Of a DNA stretch of 64,000 nt, positions 46,695 to 59,693 are shown in pieces; position 1 is the first letter of the stretch, and each line of letters starts with the position of its first letter. The stretch is from positions 6,200,001 to 6,264,000 of the forward strand of contig CP110439.1 of NCBI GenBank assembly GCA_026914245.1, read 5' to 3'. A model generated the notes under the pieces. It saw only the letters and a list, made by a program, of their open reading frames with translations. It was not told the origin of the DNA and made no database searches. Origin of the DNA: Puccinia triticina. Taxonomy: Eukaryota. The translations under genes were made by a program, and so were the position numbers.

Positions 46695-49303
46695 ATGCGG
46701 ATGAACCGGCATCAACCTCGAATATCGTGTGCGCATTTGGCCTTTCTAGTCATCATCGCAGGCTCGGTGTTGGGCTTTAGGTTTGGTTTCAAAGAGTCAA
46801 ACTCGGTATCGTCAACCAACGACAATGTTCGAGCGATCTCAGAGAATCATGAGATGCAATTGCCCGATCTGGCAAGCGATCTCGAGGAGCGACTCCAAGG
46901 CGTTAGCAGCAGCAATGGTAAGTTTGAGAGCTCTCATGTGAAGTGCGTACAAGATTGAACAATTTGCTGCCTGCTATGTATAGAACCCGACCGAGAGGAA
47001 AGTTCATGCTACAGTCGGATCTTTGGTGCTCTCACGAATCAGGGGAAGAGCACAACTCCGGAGCCCTCGTTATGTTCAGTGTTGGGTCGTTCAGAAGCAC
47101 ACCGAACGGCGTTTGCTGCCAGGTTGACAATCTGTGAATTGGAAACCAACCGGCTAACACTCCCAAGAGAATGCACCCTATGGATCGAAGGCGGATCTGA
47201 ACCCACTTCCCCAAAGCTTCAAGCTTGCGTCGGTGCATTGCATGCCTCTCCACAGTCCTGGTCTTCGTTTACCGGCCATCAAAGAGAAGCGGTTCAACTT
47301 TGCTTTGCTCGTCACAAACTACAAGGAATCGGTAAATTGTATCAAGTCCTATACAGAGCTTCTTTGTTTCGCCATCCTCATCGTGATCTATTCTTTCCTT
47401 TTTACCAGAGCTGGCCACTTCGCTGAATCTTGAAACCATAAAGTTCTCAACTGATATGATCAGATTAGGGAGACTGGACCATCAATCCAACCAAGAAGAT
47501 CTCCGGAAGCTGCGTGATCATATGAGAAGTTTATTCGATCAAAGCATCCAAAGCTTCCACTCGGTCTCTGAAAGCAATCGGCAGGAGTCGCAGAAAATCT
47601 TCCAAGAACTAGAAAACCGATTCCAGGATGTAAAGAACCACCTGTATGAACGCAATGAACAGATGTGGAAAGAGTTCAATTCCCATCAAAACCAGCAGAT
47701 CGATACTCTTCATGATAGGGTTCAATCGCTCAACAATAACCATGAACTGAAAGTGAACGAGAATGTGAATAACTTTATACAAACGGTCAGCGCTTCCCCA
47801 TAGCCCTATGCGACTCTATCTTTGTTCCATTACAATTTAACAACCAACGGGGTTTAATTCACTAGATGAAGAAAGAGGTAGAGCAGAAAATCCAATCCAG
47901 TCTGGATTCTGCTGCTGTCGGAATGATAGAAAATCTGAAAAAAGCGTTTGAGGTTGAAAGTCGATCGAACTCAGCCAACGTAAACCACCAAATCAAGCAG
48001 GCAAGTCGTTAATTCTACTCCATGTGATATTAGATATGCTCTCGGCGAAAGTGGGCCAACATCTGAAAGCTTTATGATAGGCATTCGACGCAGCCTTGGA
48101 CTTGGCCACCCAGCGACACCACCGTGCGTTAGAGGAAAGTATCACGCTACAATCGCGAAGGATGGTGAGTGCGCTCAACACAATCAGTACGCGGAACGCA
48201 GAAGGTTGACAGAGAGGGCACCAGTCGGCCCTGTTTGACGAGCTTCTTTCGGTAGAGAGCATCCTTAGTTCGATGAAGCAAAACCTGGACTCTATACGAA
48301 TCAGCTCCACGGACCGCGAGGGCGCGCTGCGAGACTCCAGCGCCAAGATAGAGGAACAGCAAGTGAGTCCTTGCCAACACTCGTCATCGAGACCCTTCAC
48401 ATAGTTCATGCCAATCAAATTTTGACTATTGTCAAAACAATTGCTTGTCCTTGTATGAAGAGGAAAGGCGAGGAGCTGATCAACAGATTCATGGAAAGCA
48501 TGGCGAGCCATCAAGCGATGATCCAGAACCTCTCGGACTCAGTCTCCAACTCGCCGCTCTTCATCTCTTACTCCTTCTTCAATAGGACGGGTATCTTCGC
48601 CTGTGAGTTTTCGATTCTGCTTGTCTGGCATTGGAATAAACCACTCAGATCCGCCTTCTGGTAAATCTCGCGGGGTGTGCGCATGTGCGCTAGTCATTCT
48701 GGAAATATTCTCGATTTCCAAACTCAAAATGATATTGGGCTGGCTAGCCTGTTTTGTGTGGATGAGTGGAGGAATGAATTGGCTCATAAGGATAGGCCTG
48801 GTCAGTTCTTATCTGCTCAGCAACACACACACACACACACTGATTCTGGAATTGCACTTGGCTCCAGTCAAAGGCAGCCATGCTGGTCTTCTTCCTCGCG
48901 GTTCGGATGCCTCTCAGATGGCTGAGACGCAAGATGAGCTCGGATGCCTCTAAAAGAGAACTCCGACCGAAGAGAAGCAGGCACGATATTTCTCACGAGT
49001 GAGTACCTTCCGTTTCTGTGAAAAAGTCCATGGGCAAATGAAACCGATTCTGATGGATGCTATCTGGGCGGGGTGATCAGTGACAATGACAAGCTGGGCC
49101 CTGACGATCCGGGGCGGATATTGCCGGCAAGCGAAAGGGACGACGCGCCGACAGAATCGCCCCGCCAAGTGTTTGTGTCGTGTGCGCATTCGGACCCGTA
49201 TCGGCAAGCGAACGTCCGCCGCAAGTTCAGCAGCCAATCTCTGGGTGGCAGTCGGATCGTGCCCACCCGCCTGATCGGAACCCAAGCCGAAGACGGGGCC
49301 TGA
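46695..49303 (+). CDS. KAR5: Kar5/Tht1/Brambleberry/GEX1-like nuclear-fusion (karyogamy) membrane protein; multi-exon, ends approximate
   Basis: N-terminal hydrophobic segment (LAFLVIIAGSVLG); Cys-rich domain HRTAFAARLTICELE..LPREC..ACVGALHASPQSWSSFTGHQREAVQLC resembling the Tht1-like domain; coiled-coil-like region 47456-48360; C-terminal hydrophobic segments ~48550-48810. Confidence 0.7.
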
Positions 49304-49709
49304 ACCCAATGTCGACAATGTCGTGCTTTTTTGATTCATCAAGACTTACCATTCCCCCTGCTTTTTCAACCATGTATCCCGGAAATGTATACCTTGCTAA
49401 TATACCAGTGTAAAGAAACCAGCCCTCCTGCATACCTGCTAGCCCCCTAATTGATGGGTCGGTTGGGAGTTCTTGAAGGCTGACCATCCAGCAGGCAACA
49501 TACAAGTGGGTGTTCAAGAAAAGAACAGGATTGAGTACCAACTTGGAAAAATACTTCCACGTTCTATTGGGCCAACTTTGAATCCTCTTAGCTGTCGCCA
49601 AATGCAGTAGCCAAGCTTGGCATATTGAGGATAAGCCAAACCCCTTCTGTAGACAAGAAGTGAGAAAAAAGACAGCAGGCCATGTGGTGGCCGCGCGGGG
49701 GGGCAAAAA

Positions 49710-49844
49710 TTCTCCCAAGGGGGCTCGAACCCCTGACATCAACGTAACCTCTGAGAGGGGTGTGCTACCACAGTATATCGACTTCCCCCGAAGGAAGAAT
49801 GTCGTCATATAAGCATTGCGCTCTACCAACTAAGCTATGGGAGA
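49710..49844 (-). tRNA. tRNA-Ile(TAT) with long (~60 nt) intron
   Basis: Reverse complement TCTCCCATAGCTTAGTTGGTAGAGCGCAATGCTTATA[intron]ACGTTGATGTCAGGGGTTCGAGCCCCCTTGGGAGAA; acceptor TCTCCCA/TGGGAGA; anticodon stem CAATG/CGTTG; T-run terminator. Confidence 0.9.
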
Positions 49845-50075
49845 TGTGAAACCACCCTGCAAAATGGGGTATCTATACCCGGCCAGATACTTTTTGATGA
49901 TACCACAGGCTCTGTTTCTCCTGCTTGCGAACATGTGCACTTCCCTTCTCATGCTGCAAATCGACAAAACTCCTCTCATCCAGGAAGAAACTTATATTTA
50001 ATCGGCCAGACACTATAGCAGGACAGATCTTTCGATCTCAACAAGCAAGAGGGATATTACTTGTCGGCAGAAACT

Positions 50076-53000
50076 ATGGCCGCTGAGAACCAGCGAGATG
50101 GGAAGCCAGATCCTATCTTGCTGTCGTTATTTGCCAACAGTTGAGCACTTCGTCCTCTCTTCATTTTGTCATCCTCATGCAACTAACCTGATTGTCCGAT
50201 TGTGAAAAATGTGCACATTTGCTGACGATGGGTTACTTTTTGACAACAAAAAAGGGTTCATGTCAGTTGCAGAGGTCAATCCGAAATACGTCATATGTCT
50301 CGAACCACATGTTGACGCATCGAATAATAATCGATATCTTATGCGTCATTTAGGCTATGGGACGAAGCTTACAACAAACTTCCATCAGTACCAATATCAA
50401 GCGAGTCTTCAAATTTCTGTTCAAAGTGGATTTCTCAACGTCCGGATTGCTGACCAAAGTCATCCATGGATATTGGCACCCCACCGCCTCAACAAAACAC
50501 CCAAAAGAGAAAGGCTGGATTACTCATGCGCGATTTTTGCACCCAACGGAGATTTAGTGGCGAATGTGAGCCCCTTGCCAGCGCATTTTATCAGTGCGCC
50601 TTGAATGGATAATCATGATTGATGAGTGTCTTTTTGTTTCCAACGCGTGGGCTTAGGCGCCACACCTACCCGTCCATCTCGGCTCGATGTCATTGTAAGA
50701 GCCGGGCTATTTGCCACATTTCGTGGGGTTTCGCTCACCTAGTTTTCGACTTAGCGCGGTCCGGTATCAAATCCAACATCTTCAAGGACAAATATTCTCT
50801 GGAGATGTTATCATGGCTAACCACCCACAAGCTGGAGGAAGGTAAATATACATCACATAGACTTACTTCTATCGATTTTTTCGGATGAAAAAATCTTACC
50901 TGACGTGTCTTGATTTGAATCTGACGTTGTTGCGTCTTCAGTCATCTACCGGATATCACATTGATCACACCTGTTTTTAATGAACAAGACTTGGTATTTT
51001 TCACCGGTATGTAACCTGTCATTATTTGAGTTGATTGCCAGATGTAACTGGTCTTGTCAACTCTTTTCAACTTAGCCAAAGTGCTATAGGATACTGAGAC
51101 ATAAGTATGTTTCTTTCTTTTTCAAAGCCAGTCGAGCACATCATGCGGATATTGGCGGGATCTTGCCAGGGTCGTGAGTTGAAAGACTATAACGATGGTT
51201 GTCTATACTTGGAAGAACTCCGTATTACAAGGTCCTACCGAATTGAAAATATTAATCAACGCCTGAAAATGTTACTTCTTTCTCTTTAATCAAATAAGAA
51301 TGCCGCCAACATCGACCACGATCTTCGAAGAAGGAGCACAAATCAAATCATTCAAGATTGTATCCAAAGGGCAATATAATCAAGCAGAATTGAAGAAGTA
51401 TCTGGTCGACGAACCTGCAAAGTATGATGGCTGCTCAGGTACACGATGTTTTGGCGATGTTGAAAGTGATCTCAAAGCCCAGATTGCGGCCAATAACAAA
51501 GGTAACCATTTTCTTCAATACAGAGCTGTACTAATGATTCATAGCAGATCTTACATTTATTTCAAAAAAATTTGTTAACTGGGATCTACCTCTGCCCCCG
51601 AATCAGGTGTTGGTCTAATTTACCTGTTGATAGATGAATATGGCCTGGAAACCGTGCAAGCTTACATGGCTCATGTAGGTGATCTTTTCTTGACTAACTG
51701 TCTAGTTACATGATACCAACCGTAATGATCCAATACTCGATCCCGTCTACTGCTAGATTCGAGACAATGCCGAGTTGGCAGTCAGGAATTTGTTGAAACA
51801 AGTAGTGAAGGAAAGAGGATCGAAACAGCTGCATGCCATCGAATACCTGGACGACGGTACACCGATCGAACTGACTGTTACTATAGATGACCAGGACGGG
51901 TCGGCAATCTTTGATTTTAATGGGACTGGCCATGAGATGATTGGTGAGATCATATCTCTTAGTTTGGATTGAAGCTTTCGAATCGCTCATGTGTGTTGCT
52001 CCTTTCTGGTCGGAACAGGCAACTTGAACACCCCAAAGAGTGTGACATATTCGACTATTATATACTGTCTCCGAGCGATGGTTGATCTAGATGTAAGCTA
52101 TCAAAGTTCTTTTTTCTCCTCCTGTTGGAATTAACCACTTCCTGCTCCTCGTTATTCAGATCCCCCTAAACCAGGGATGTCTAGTGCCTATCGAGGTCAG
52201 GATCCCGCCCAACTGTTTTCTCGACCCATCCGATACGGCAGCAGTCGTCGGGGGGAATGTGGAATCAAGTCAAGTGATCACCGGGGTGATCTTGAAAGCA
52301 TTTAAAGCGAGTGCTGCTAGCCAAAGTACTTGCAATAACTTGACATTTGGCCAAGGGGGCAAGGACAAGGATGGAAATCATGTCGCTGGCTGGGGCTATG
52401 TGCGTGTTGTTTTGCTTCTCTCACATCGCTAAAGAACATGCTCATGGACTGAACCCATTTTTGGACTAACCAACTAGTATGAGACGATCGCTGGCGGGAG
52501 TGGCGCTGGTCCTTCATGGCATGGCACCCATGGAGTCCACACGCACATGACAAACACGCGAATCACTGTGAGAGCACGATTACATTTCTCCTGCTTAAAC
52601 TGGAGTTTTACACACAACCTAGCTGAGCAGATCACATCTTTTTGGGGCCCCGGTTGTATGATCAACTGCAGGATCCTGAAATTTTGGAAAGGAGATATCC
52701 AGTGATCTTACACCAATTCTCCTTACGCCAAGGATCGGGTGGGAGTGGTCAGTATTGTGGTGGAGAAGGGGTTGTTCGGGAAATCGAATTTGTCGAGTAA
52801 GTGATCCTCCCCGGAAAAATGGATTTACGCTGAGAGCTGAGCTGTGGCGGCGGCTTTAGACCGATTCAATGCTCGATTCTTTCGGAGAGGAGGGTGCAAA
52901 GGCCGTACGGATTGGAGGGTGGAGAAGCAGGCCAACCAGGCATGAACGTATGGATCAAAAAGCGGCGCGTCGAAGATGGAGATCTGGATGAAAGCCGATC

Positions 53001-53217
53001 CGATGGTGCCGATGACTATCGCATCATCTCGCTTGGTGGCAAAAAAACAGTGATGATGGGCAAACACGATCGCATTCGTATCTTGACTCCCGGCGGGGGC
53101 GGGTGGGGTGTCAGGCAGGCCGACCAAGAAGCCACTAAGCATCCTTCTGCTGATCGCTTGATCAACCAGCTGCGTGGTAGCTTGAAAGACCGCCACGATT
53201 CCGCCCATTCATCGTGA
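50076..53217 (+). CDS. OXP1: Hydantoinase B / C-terminal half of ATP-dependent 5-oxoprolinase; many short exons
   Basis: [138 protein letters not shown]. Confidence 0.88.
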
Positions 53218-53712
53218 TTTTTGATTGCTGTTGTTTTCAATCACTTTTCCTCATCATGTTGTATTCGTGTAATTTTTCCAGCCTCGAGCATACTCATCCT
53301 AGACTCATGGCAGCATCTGGGGTTTTTAATTTGGATCCAATTTCTCCATCAGATTCAGGACACAAAAGCTATTTCTCTCTATGCATTAAACTGAGTTACT
53401 CCCCGAAATAACAGGACTTTCGTCCGACGGCTGGCCATGTGAAGTTTTGAGCCTCTTATCTTGGGGTCGGGCTACATTTAGATCTAGGTCTGCCAAGATG
53501 TAGATGTGAATATGTGTACTTCGGCTCTCCTCCAAGGGTGATGGAATAGTCGAGTTCCATCTGGTCCAGCGGGTATATCTGTGTATCCAGCATCTGGGAC
53601 TGGCTGTCGAGACGGGCAATACATGTTGCATGTTTAAGGATTCGCTCAACAAACTAGCAGTCCCTCAAAATCAGACACCCACCACCCCCGCAAAACCTTT
53701 CTTCGAGCGGAT

Positions 53713-56700
53713 ATGACGAGCCCAAAGGATCTCCGTGCTTGGTTTGATGGACACCTCAAACTGCTGAAGCTGGAACGAGCTTCCGAAAAGGAAGAGTTCG
53801 ACCTGCTCACCTCCGAGAAGGTCAAACGAGGCCAGACTAAGCTGTTGGAGCGGATGGGCATATCGATCGGCGCGCTTGGGGTTCGCAGCACGAACATCGG
53901 TCTCGGTGGAAAAACGTACGTTCTCACCCCTCTTGTTGCTTTGACTTGTTCCGGTCAGCTGCTGGCTAATTATGCTTCTCTCTCCTGCCTGCTCGTGTTT
54001 TTTTATTCAGGATCGTAGAACTGGAACGGCCAGCCCAATACCATACAGACCCCAAACTACCCTACCATACCCTCCGATCTGGCGTGCCCGTCGGACTTAT
54101 CGACCATGAAGTCGGCTCAAGTAAATCATCCAAAAAAGGTGCCGCTTCGTTTGACAAGCTGAAAATGATCGAAGGTGTGGTCTCCAAAGTGACGGAAACT
54201 AGCATCGCAATGACAATCAGCTCTAAAGAAGATTCCGACCAACTCGAGCTGCCTGCAAGATGTCGTTTGTAGGTGTGGATGATCGGACCCATAGGGGAAC
54301 TTTGCAAACACGAATACTAACTTGTTTTTTTGCCCGCCCTCGTCTTCGTCGTCCTTCTCAACACCTTCCAGAATCAAACTTGCTGATACCGCGACCTTCG
54401 ATAGGTAGCTAATCTCTGACTTTGAACTTCTTTCAAGACCCTTTGAGCAGATTATTGAAAGACCGCTCTATCCCCATTTGATAGACTGGAGCAAACAATG
54501 GAAAAAGTTTGTGAGGCTTGTGAGAATGCAGGCCTCTTCAAAATTTCCCCCAAGGATGACACCAATGCTCCGGTAGACAGTCCTGCAGCAGAAAACCAGG
54601 GTCCGTCCCGAGGCTTTTTTGCACCTGAGACCAAGTTACTAATGCAATTGTGGGTATCACCCTCAGATGGTGCCGACCAGGGCAAAGCTCAGGAAACAGC
54701 CCAACAGAATTCAGATGATACCAACCTTCCGGTAGACAGCTCTGCCCCAGCCAACCAAGGTGCGTCCCGTCTTTTTTGGACTTGAGACCAAGCTACCAAA
54801 TTGATGGTGAGGTATCACCTCCAGACGCAGACGAAAACAAAATCCAGAATACCGCACAACGGAATTCAGACGACAACAACCTTCCGGTAGACAGCTCTGT
54901 TGCACCCAAGCAAGGTGCGTCCCGCGTTTTTTGTACCTGATATCAAGCTAACAAATTGATAGTGTGGTATCATCTTCAGACGGAGACGAGAACAAAAATC
55001 AGAGGACCACCCAGCGGAAATCTTCAATTCCCTTGACGGATTTAATTCGGACGCTTCTGGGAATTGATCCAATCAAGATTGTAAGGAGATCTTCTGCTGG
55101 TACCCATCCATAAATCAGCAAAAGCTTATCTTGGGGGCTGACCAGTGGCTCCTGACCCGATCCAGATGAGTGAGGAGGAAATCAATCAAATCGATCTCCC
55201 TCCAGCCGTCCGCGCCTTGAACTCGTCCCAGCAGTACGCCGTCAAGCACGCGCTGTCACCCTGTCCTGTGACATTGGTGTTTGGGCCTCCAGGTGTCTTT
55301 TAATCTCTCTTGGCCTTAGGCTCCAATCCACATACTTGCGTGCACACTCGGCACTAATCTCGCGTTTGTAGGTACCGGTAAAACTCATACATTGGTCAGT
55401 ATCATCGCCGCATTGCATGCTAGAGGAGATCGCATCATCATTGCGGCAGCCTCCAACTTGGCGATTGGTGAGAACCACCCATCTACAACCTTTCAACAAA
55501 TACTTTTTTGTTTTGACAAGTACCTTTCCTTTTTTTCGTGTCTGTTTGACAGATAACATCGCAGAACGACTGTTGGATTTGAAATTGCCGATCACACGAC
55601 TGGGTCATCCGGCCAGAGTCCTAGAGTCGCTGTCGTCGTCCACGCTCGATCACCAACTCAACACCTCGGACGAGTCGGAAATCATCCGCGATCTCAAGAA
55701 GGAGATCAACGATAATCTGGCTAAGTTGTCCGCCCAAGGCAAGGAAAGGGTGCGCGGTAAAGCTCGCGGATTAGTTTATAAGGACGTGCAAGAGTTGCGG
55801 AAAGATTATAGACAGAGGGAGAGAGGCCACACTCGAAATATCATCAAATCTGCCAGAATTGTATGCGCTACTGCTCATGGGTACCCCTTTGTTCTTTTCT
55901 TCTGCTCATTTTTATAGCTGAACTCCAGACCTCTGTTAATTCGTAAATCTATCTTTTATCTTACAGTGCAGGATCTTGGCAACTCGAAAATGAACAGTTT
56001 GACGTCGTGATTATTGACGTAAGACCTCGCACCGGGTCTAATTTGTTGGAAGGTTACATTCTAATCCAGGATTTTTGTCACATTTTAGGAATCAACACAA
56101 GCATTTGAAGCGGTAAGCTTCCCCTTGTGCCAAATAGTATGCCTGGGTAGCGCAATTGACATTTCTCTCTTCACGATTTCCCTTTGCTTTTTTCCCGTCT
56201 TCTCTTTCTATGTCTTGGCTTTCCGGGGTATCAATTATCGAAACTAGGCATGTTGGATGCCCATCGTGAAAGCCAAGAGCAAACTCATCCTCGCAGGAGA
56301 TCCGTTACAGCTGCCACCAACTGTAAAATCCATGAAACCTCGTCCCCCGGTAAATCAATTTCTTCTTTACTTAATACTACTGTCATTTGGATGCCAATTT
56401 CGATATTCTTGAATACGCGCATCTCTCTTAATAGGTGAAGTCCCAAAATAAAAAAACAGCAGATCCCAAGAGCTCGAAGAAGAAGAAAGGAAAAAGTAAA
56501 CCAGGCAAGTTGGCTTCTACTACCTGGGACTAAATCCAAATTTAGTACAGTTGGAAATATGCTAATTTTTGCTTTGGATATGCATCGCAATCTTCTCATC
56601 AGCTGAAGCTGAGCCAAATGTGAGGAAAGTTGATGAAGTTGAGACCGAATCGACGAGACCAGTCGAAGCTGAGTCAGACTTCAAGACCCCAGCTGATGTT

Positions 56701-58441
56701 GAACCAGGAGTGAAAACGCCAGAAAATGCCAAGACCCCTGCTGAAGTTGAACCAGCCATTGAAACGTCACTTGGAGTCGAACCAGAGGTTAAGACCCCAG
56801 CAGAAGTTGAACCAGAAGTTACAGCGCCAGTCGAGGGGAAACCAGACGGATCGGAAGACGATCAAAGTGATTCTGACGAACTTAGTAGCGCAGTCAAAAA
56901 GATTTGTACATCTCATGGAATATTGATTGCGTAGAGGTTCATCCTCACCATGGAGGAATTGATTGTTCATTAATGATATTTTATTACAGCACTCAAGACA
57001 CCTTCGCGACGGCCGCTGATGAAAAAACCTCGGACTCTGGAAACAACAATGTTTTATCGTCTGTTGAAAAACCAACCAGAGATTAGTTGTCTGTTGAATG
57101 TCCAATATGTGCGTCCTTGAACCTCATCTTTTGACCTAAAATGTGATCAGAGAGAATTCAACTTTCTCTCGCTGCGGGCCTCTGTGTCTTTCGAGGATCT
57201 AGAGAATGCATGAAATGATCATGAAGTTTCCGTCCGATGAACTTTACGAATCCAAACTCACAGCAGCCGATTTGGTCGCCAGCCATTTGCTTAAGGATTT
57301 GCCCAATGTGACTCGTGAAGAAACCGATGGCATTGCCGATCCGGTTCTGCTAATTGATAGTCTGTTTTCGCCATCATCCGCTATTGCCAATCTTCCTTTT
57401 CAATCAAAGTAGGGAGATTCTAACACGGTCCGTTTTCCTCTTTTTTTTTTTTTTGATCAGCTGCTGGAAGCTTCATGTATGATAGAGCTGCCGACGAAGG
57501 TGGAGAAGGAAGCTTGCTAAATGAAAACGAGGCAGAATTAGTGGTTCAACGAGTTAATGCATTGGTAAGGCTTAAAAGCACATCTGTTCACCTTCGTTTA
57601 CCCCGAAGGACTAGACCGTTTTTTGATAGCTTGGAGAATCTATCAAATCAATAGATTGAATCTGGGGTACTCCCAGCCCAAATCATGGTCATTTCACCTT
57701 GTACGTTTAGCATTCAGGCAACCTGAAAGATTCCGAATAGCTGATTCTCTTGCTTCACATAAAAGATGCCGCTCAAGTGTCGATTTTGAACTCTTTACTG
57801 AGACCTCAGTTTCCATCGTTGGCCATTGGTTCGATCGACTCATGCCAAGGTAGCTCACACATCATCTCATCTGTTGATCACAAGTCGCGCGAACTTGTTG
57901 AGTGAATTCAACGCGTAACGTCAGGTCGTGAAAACGAAGCGGTCATTATTTCTCTGTGCAGAAGTAACGCCGAGGGTGTCGTTGGATTTTTGAGCGAAAG
58001 ACGTCGATTGAATGGTCAGGAAATGTTTCTTCCCCCCACTCTATATATCTCATATACTAATTGTCGTTCGTCAATCTATTTCGGACTGCCTCTTTAACAA
58101 AAATAAATGAATAAAATGATACCTTGTCCTTGCTGAATTTCCGTTTGATTTTACATTCCAAAAAGTGGCCATGACTCGTGCGAAGCGCCATCTAACAGTG
58201 ATCGGAGATTCGGATACGTTGTCCAAAGGAGGCGACTTCCTCAAAGTAAGCAGAAGGGTCGTGCAGCATTCAAATTCTCTTATCATTTTGATTTCTTCCT
58301 GAGAACGAGAGGGCTAATCAATATTTGCTACCTTTCAACTGGCCTTTTTTTCCTCCGCCGCGTGAAATGGTGCCGGGTTCTGTATAGAATTGGATGAATT
58401 GGCTCGAAGATAATGCAGAAGTTAGGGTAGCTGCTTCGTAG
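53713..58441 (+). CDS. HCS1: Upf1-like SF1 helicase, Hcs1/IGHMBP2 (SMUBP-2) type; multi-exon
   Basis: LNSSQQYAV, LVFGPPGTGKTHTL (motif I), AAASNLAIDN, RLGHPARV, FDVVIIDESTQA, ILAGDPLQLPPTV, LNVQY|RMHE, NENEAELV, QGRENEAVIISLCRSN, GFLSERRRLNVAMTRAKRHLTVIGDS; stop TAG 58439-58441. Confidence 0.9.
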
Positions 58442-58725
58442 ATAAGCTTCTGCCCATGGTCAAGTGCCCTGAAAGCCTCGATCAACACTTTTTGTACATG
58501 CGTGCCTTCATGAACAGATCGTTGGGAAATCAAGCCGAGGGACAGGCCTTTTTTCTTTACAGGCACCCCTAAGTGCCAAAATATGGCTTGATGAGATGAC
58601 ATTTGGCGTGATCACTAGGATCATGTCATCATACTTGGGGAAAAGAGTAACAACTTGGGCTTGTTAGGACAGCACGATTTCTGCAGGAAAAAGACGCCAT
58701 TATCGCAACCTTCTGCTTTTGTCGC

Positions 58726-59693
58726 TGTGAGCCTGAGTCTCTATAGTGACAGCAGGACACAAGAAATGGGGGGGCAATAGTTGGATTTCTTGGGATAAAG
58801 AAATTACAACTATAATAGAAAAAGAGAAAGAGAGAGAGAAACCAAGCAGGATAAGAAGGAAGAGAAGTACTAGGTTATTCTAGTGGGAATGCACGTCCAC
58901 TGGCAATGCTACTCTTCAGAAGAGTGCTGCTAATCTGTGCAAGAAGTGCTACAGCTTCCTCTCAGGAGGGTATCTGGATTAGATAAGTCTTAATCCAGCC
59001 ACAGTTTTTTAGACTTCTCTCTGGACAGTCAAGGTTCTTAATGGGAAACCTGAGGGACAGCCCTGAACCTAGATTTTGAGGCAAAGGCCTGATGATAAGA
59101 AGGGACAGCCCTGTGATCAAGATGGAGGCAAAGGCCTATAGATATGGAGGGACAGCCCTGTGATCAAGGAGAAAGCAAAGCAAGAAGAAAAGGCAGATCC
59201 AGCAAGACACAGAGTTGTACCTCTGAGATAAACAAGGTTCAGTGAAAGAGGTTACTTACTGTCAATATCCTAGGCGCCTGTGACGGTAGGTATACTGGGA
59301 GTATAGTAGGCTCTTTGGTGGTGATCTTGGAGTTATCTGGGTGGTGGTTCTGGTGTGCTGAAGTCTGTGGATCCGCCTCAGGCAAGGGGGATCCTGACTA
59401 CGAAAATTTTCACAGTTTGCTTATGTAATTTACATATGTACATGTGGTTTGGCGCGCCTAGTAGCGCTGACACGTCACAACTGCGCAAGGGCGCTACAAC
59501 TCAGTAACTCAGGGAAGGAGTATAGTTACAATGAATTGGTAAGTTGTAACTAGGGTTAAAATTGCATGAGGAAACAGAATATGAAGTCAAAACAGGGATA
59601 TCTCTTAAGATGAAAAAGATATAAAGTAATTTATATGTAACAAAGGTAGAACAGGCAGCTTTTAGGTCAGCTGTGATGACTCTAAGGCTGACA
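58726..59693. mobile_element. Solo LTR (same family as 8119-9214)
   Basis: TGTGAGCC...GGCTGACA termini; 5-bp TSD GTCGC (58721-58725, 59694-59698); internal AGGGACAGCCCTG repeats at ~59053-59160. Confidence 0.88.

Noticed and set aside
50139..50255. Apparent non-canonical first intron of the oxoprolinase-B gene
   Set aside because: Shifting the junction by one base gives canonical GT(TGAG)...AAAG with the Arg codon split A|GG.
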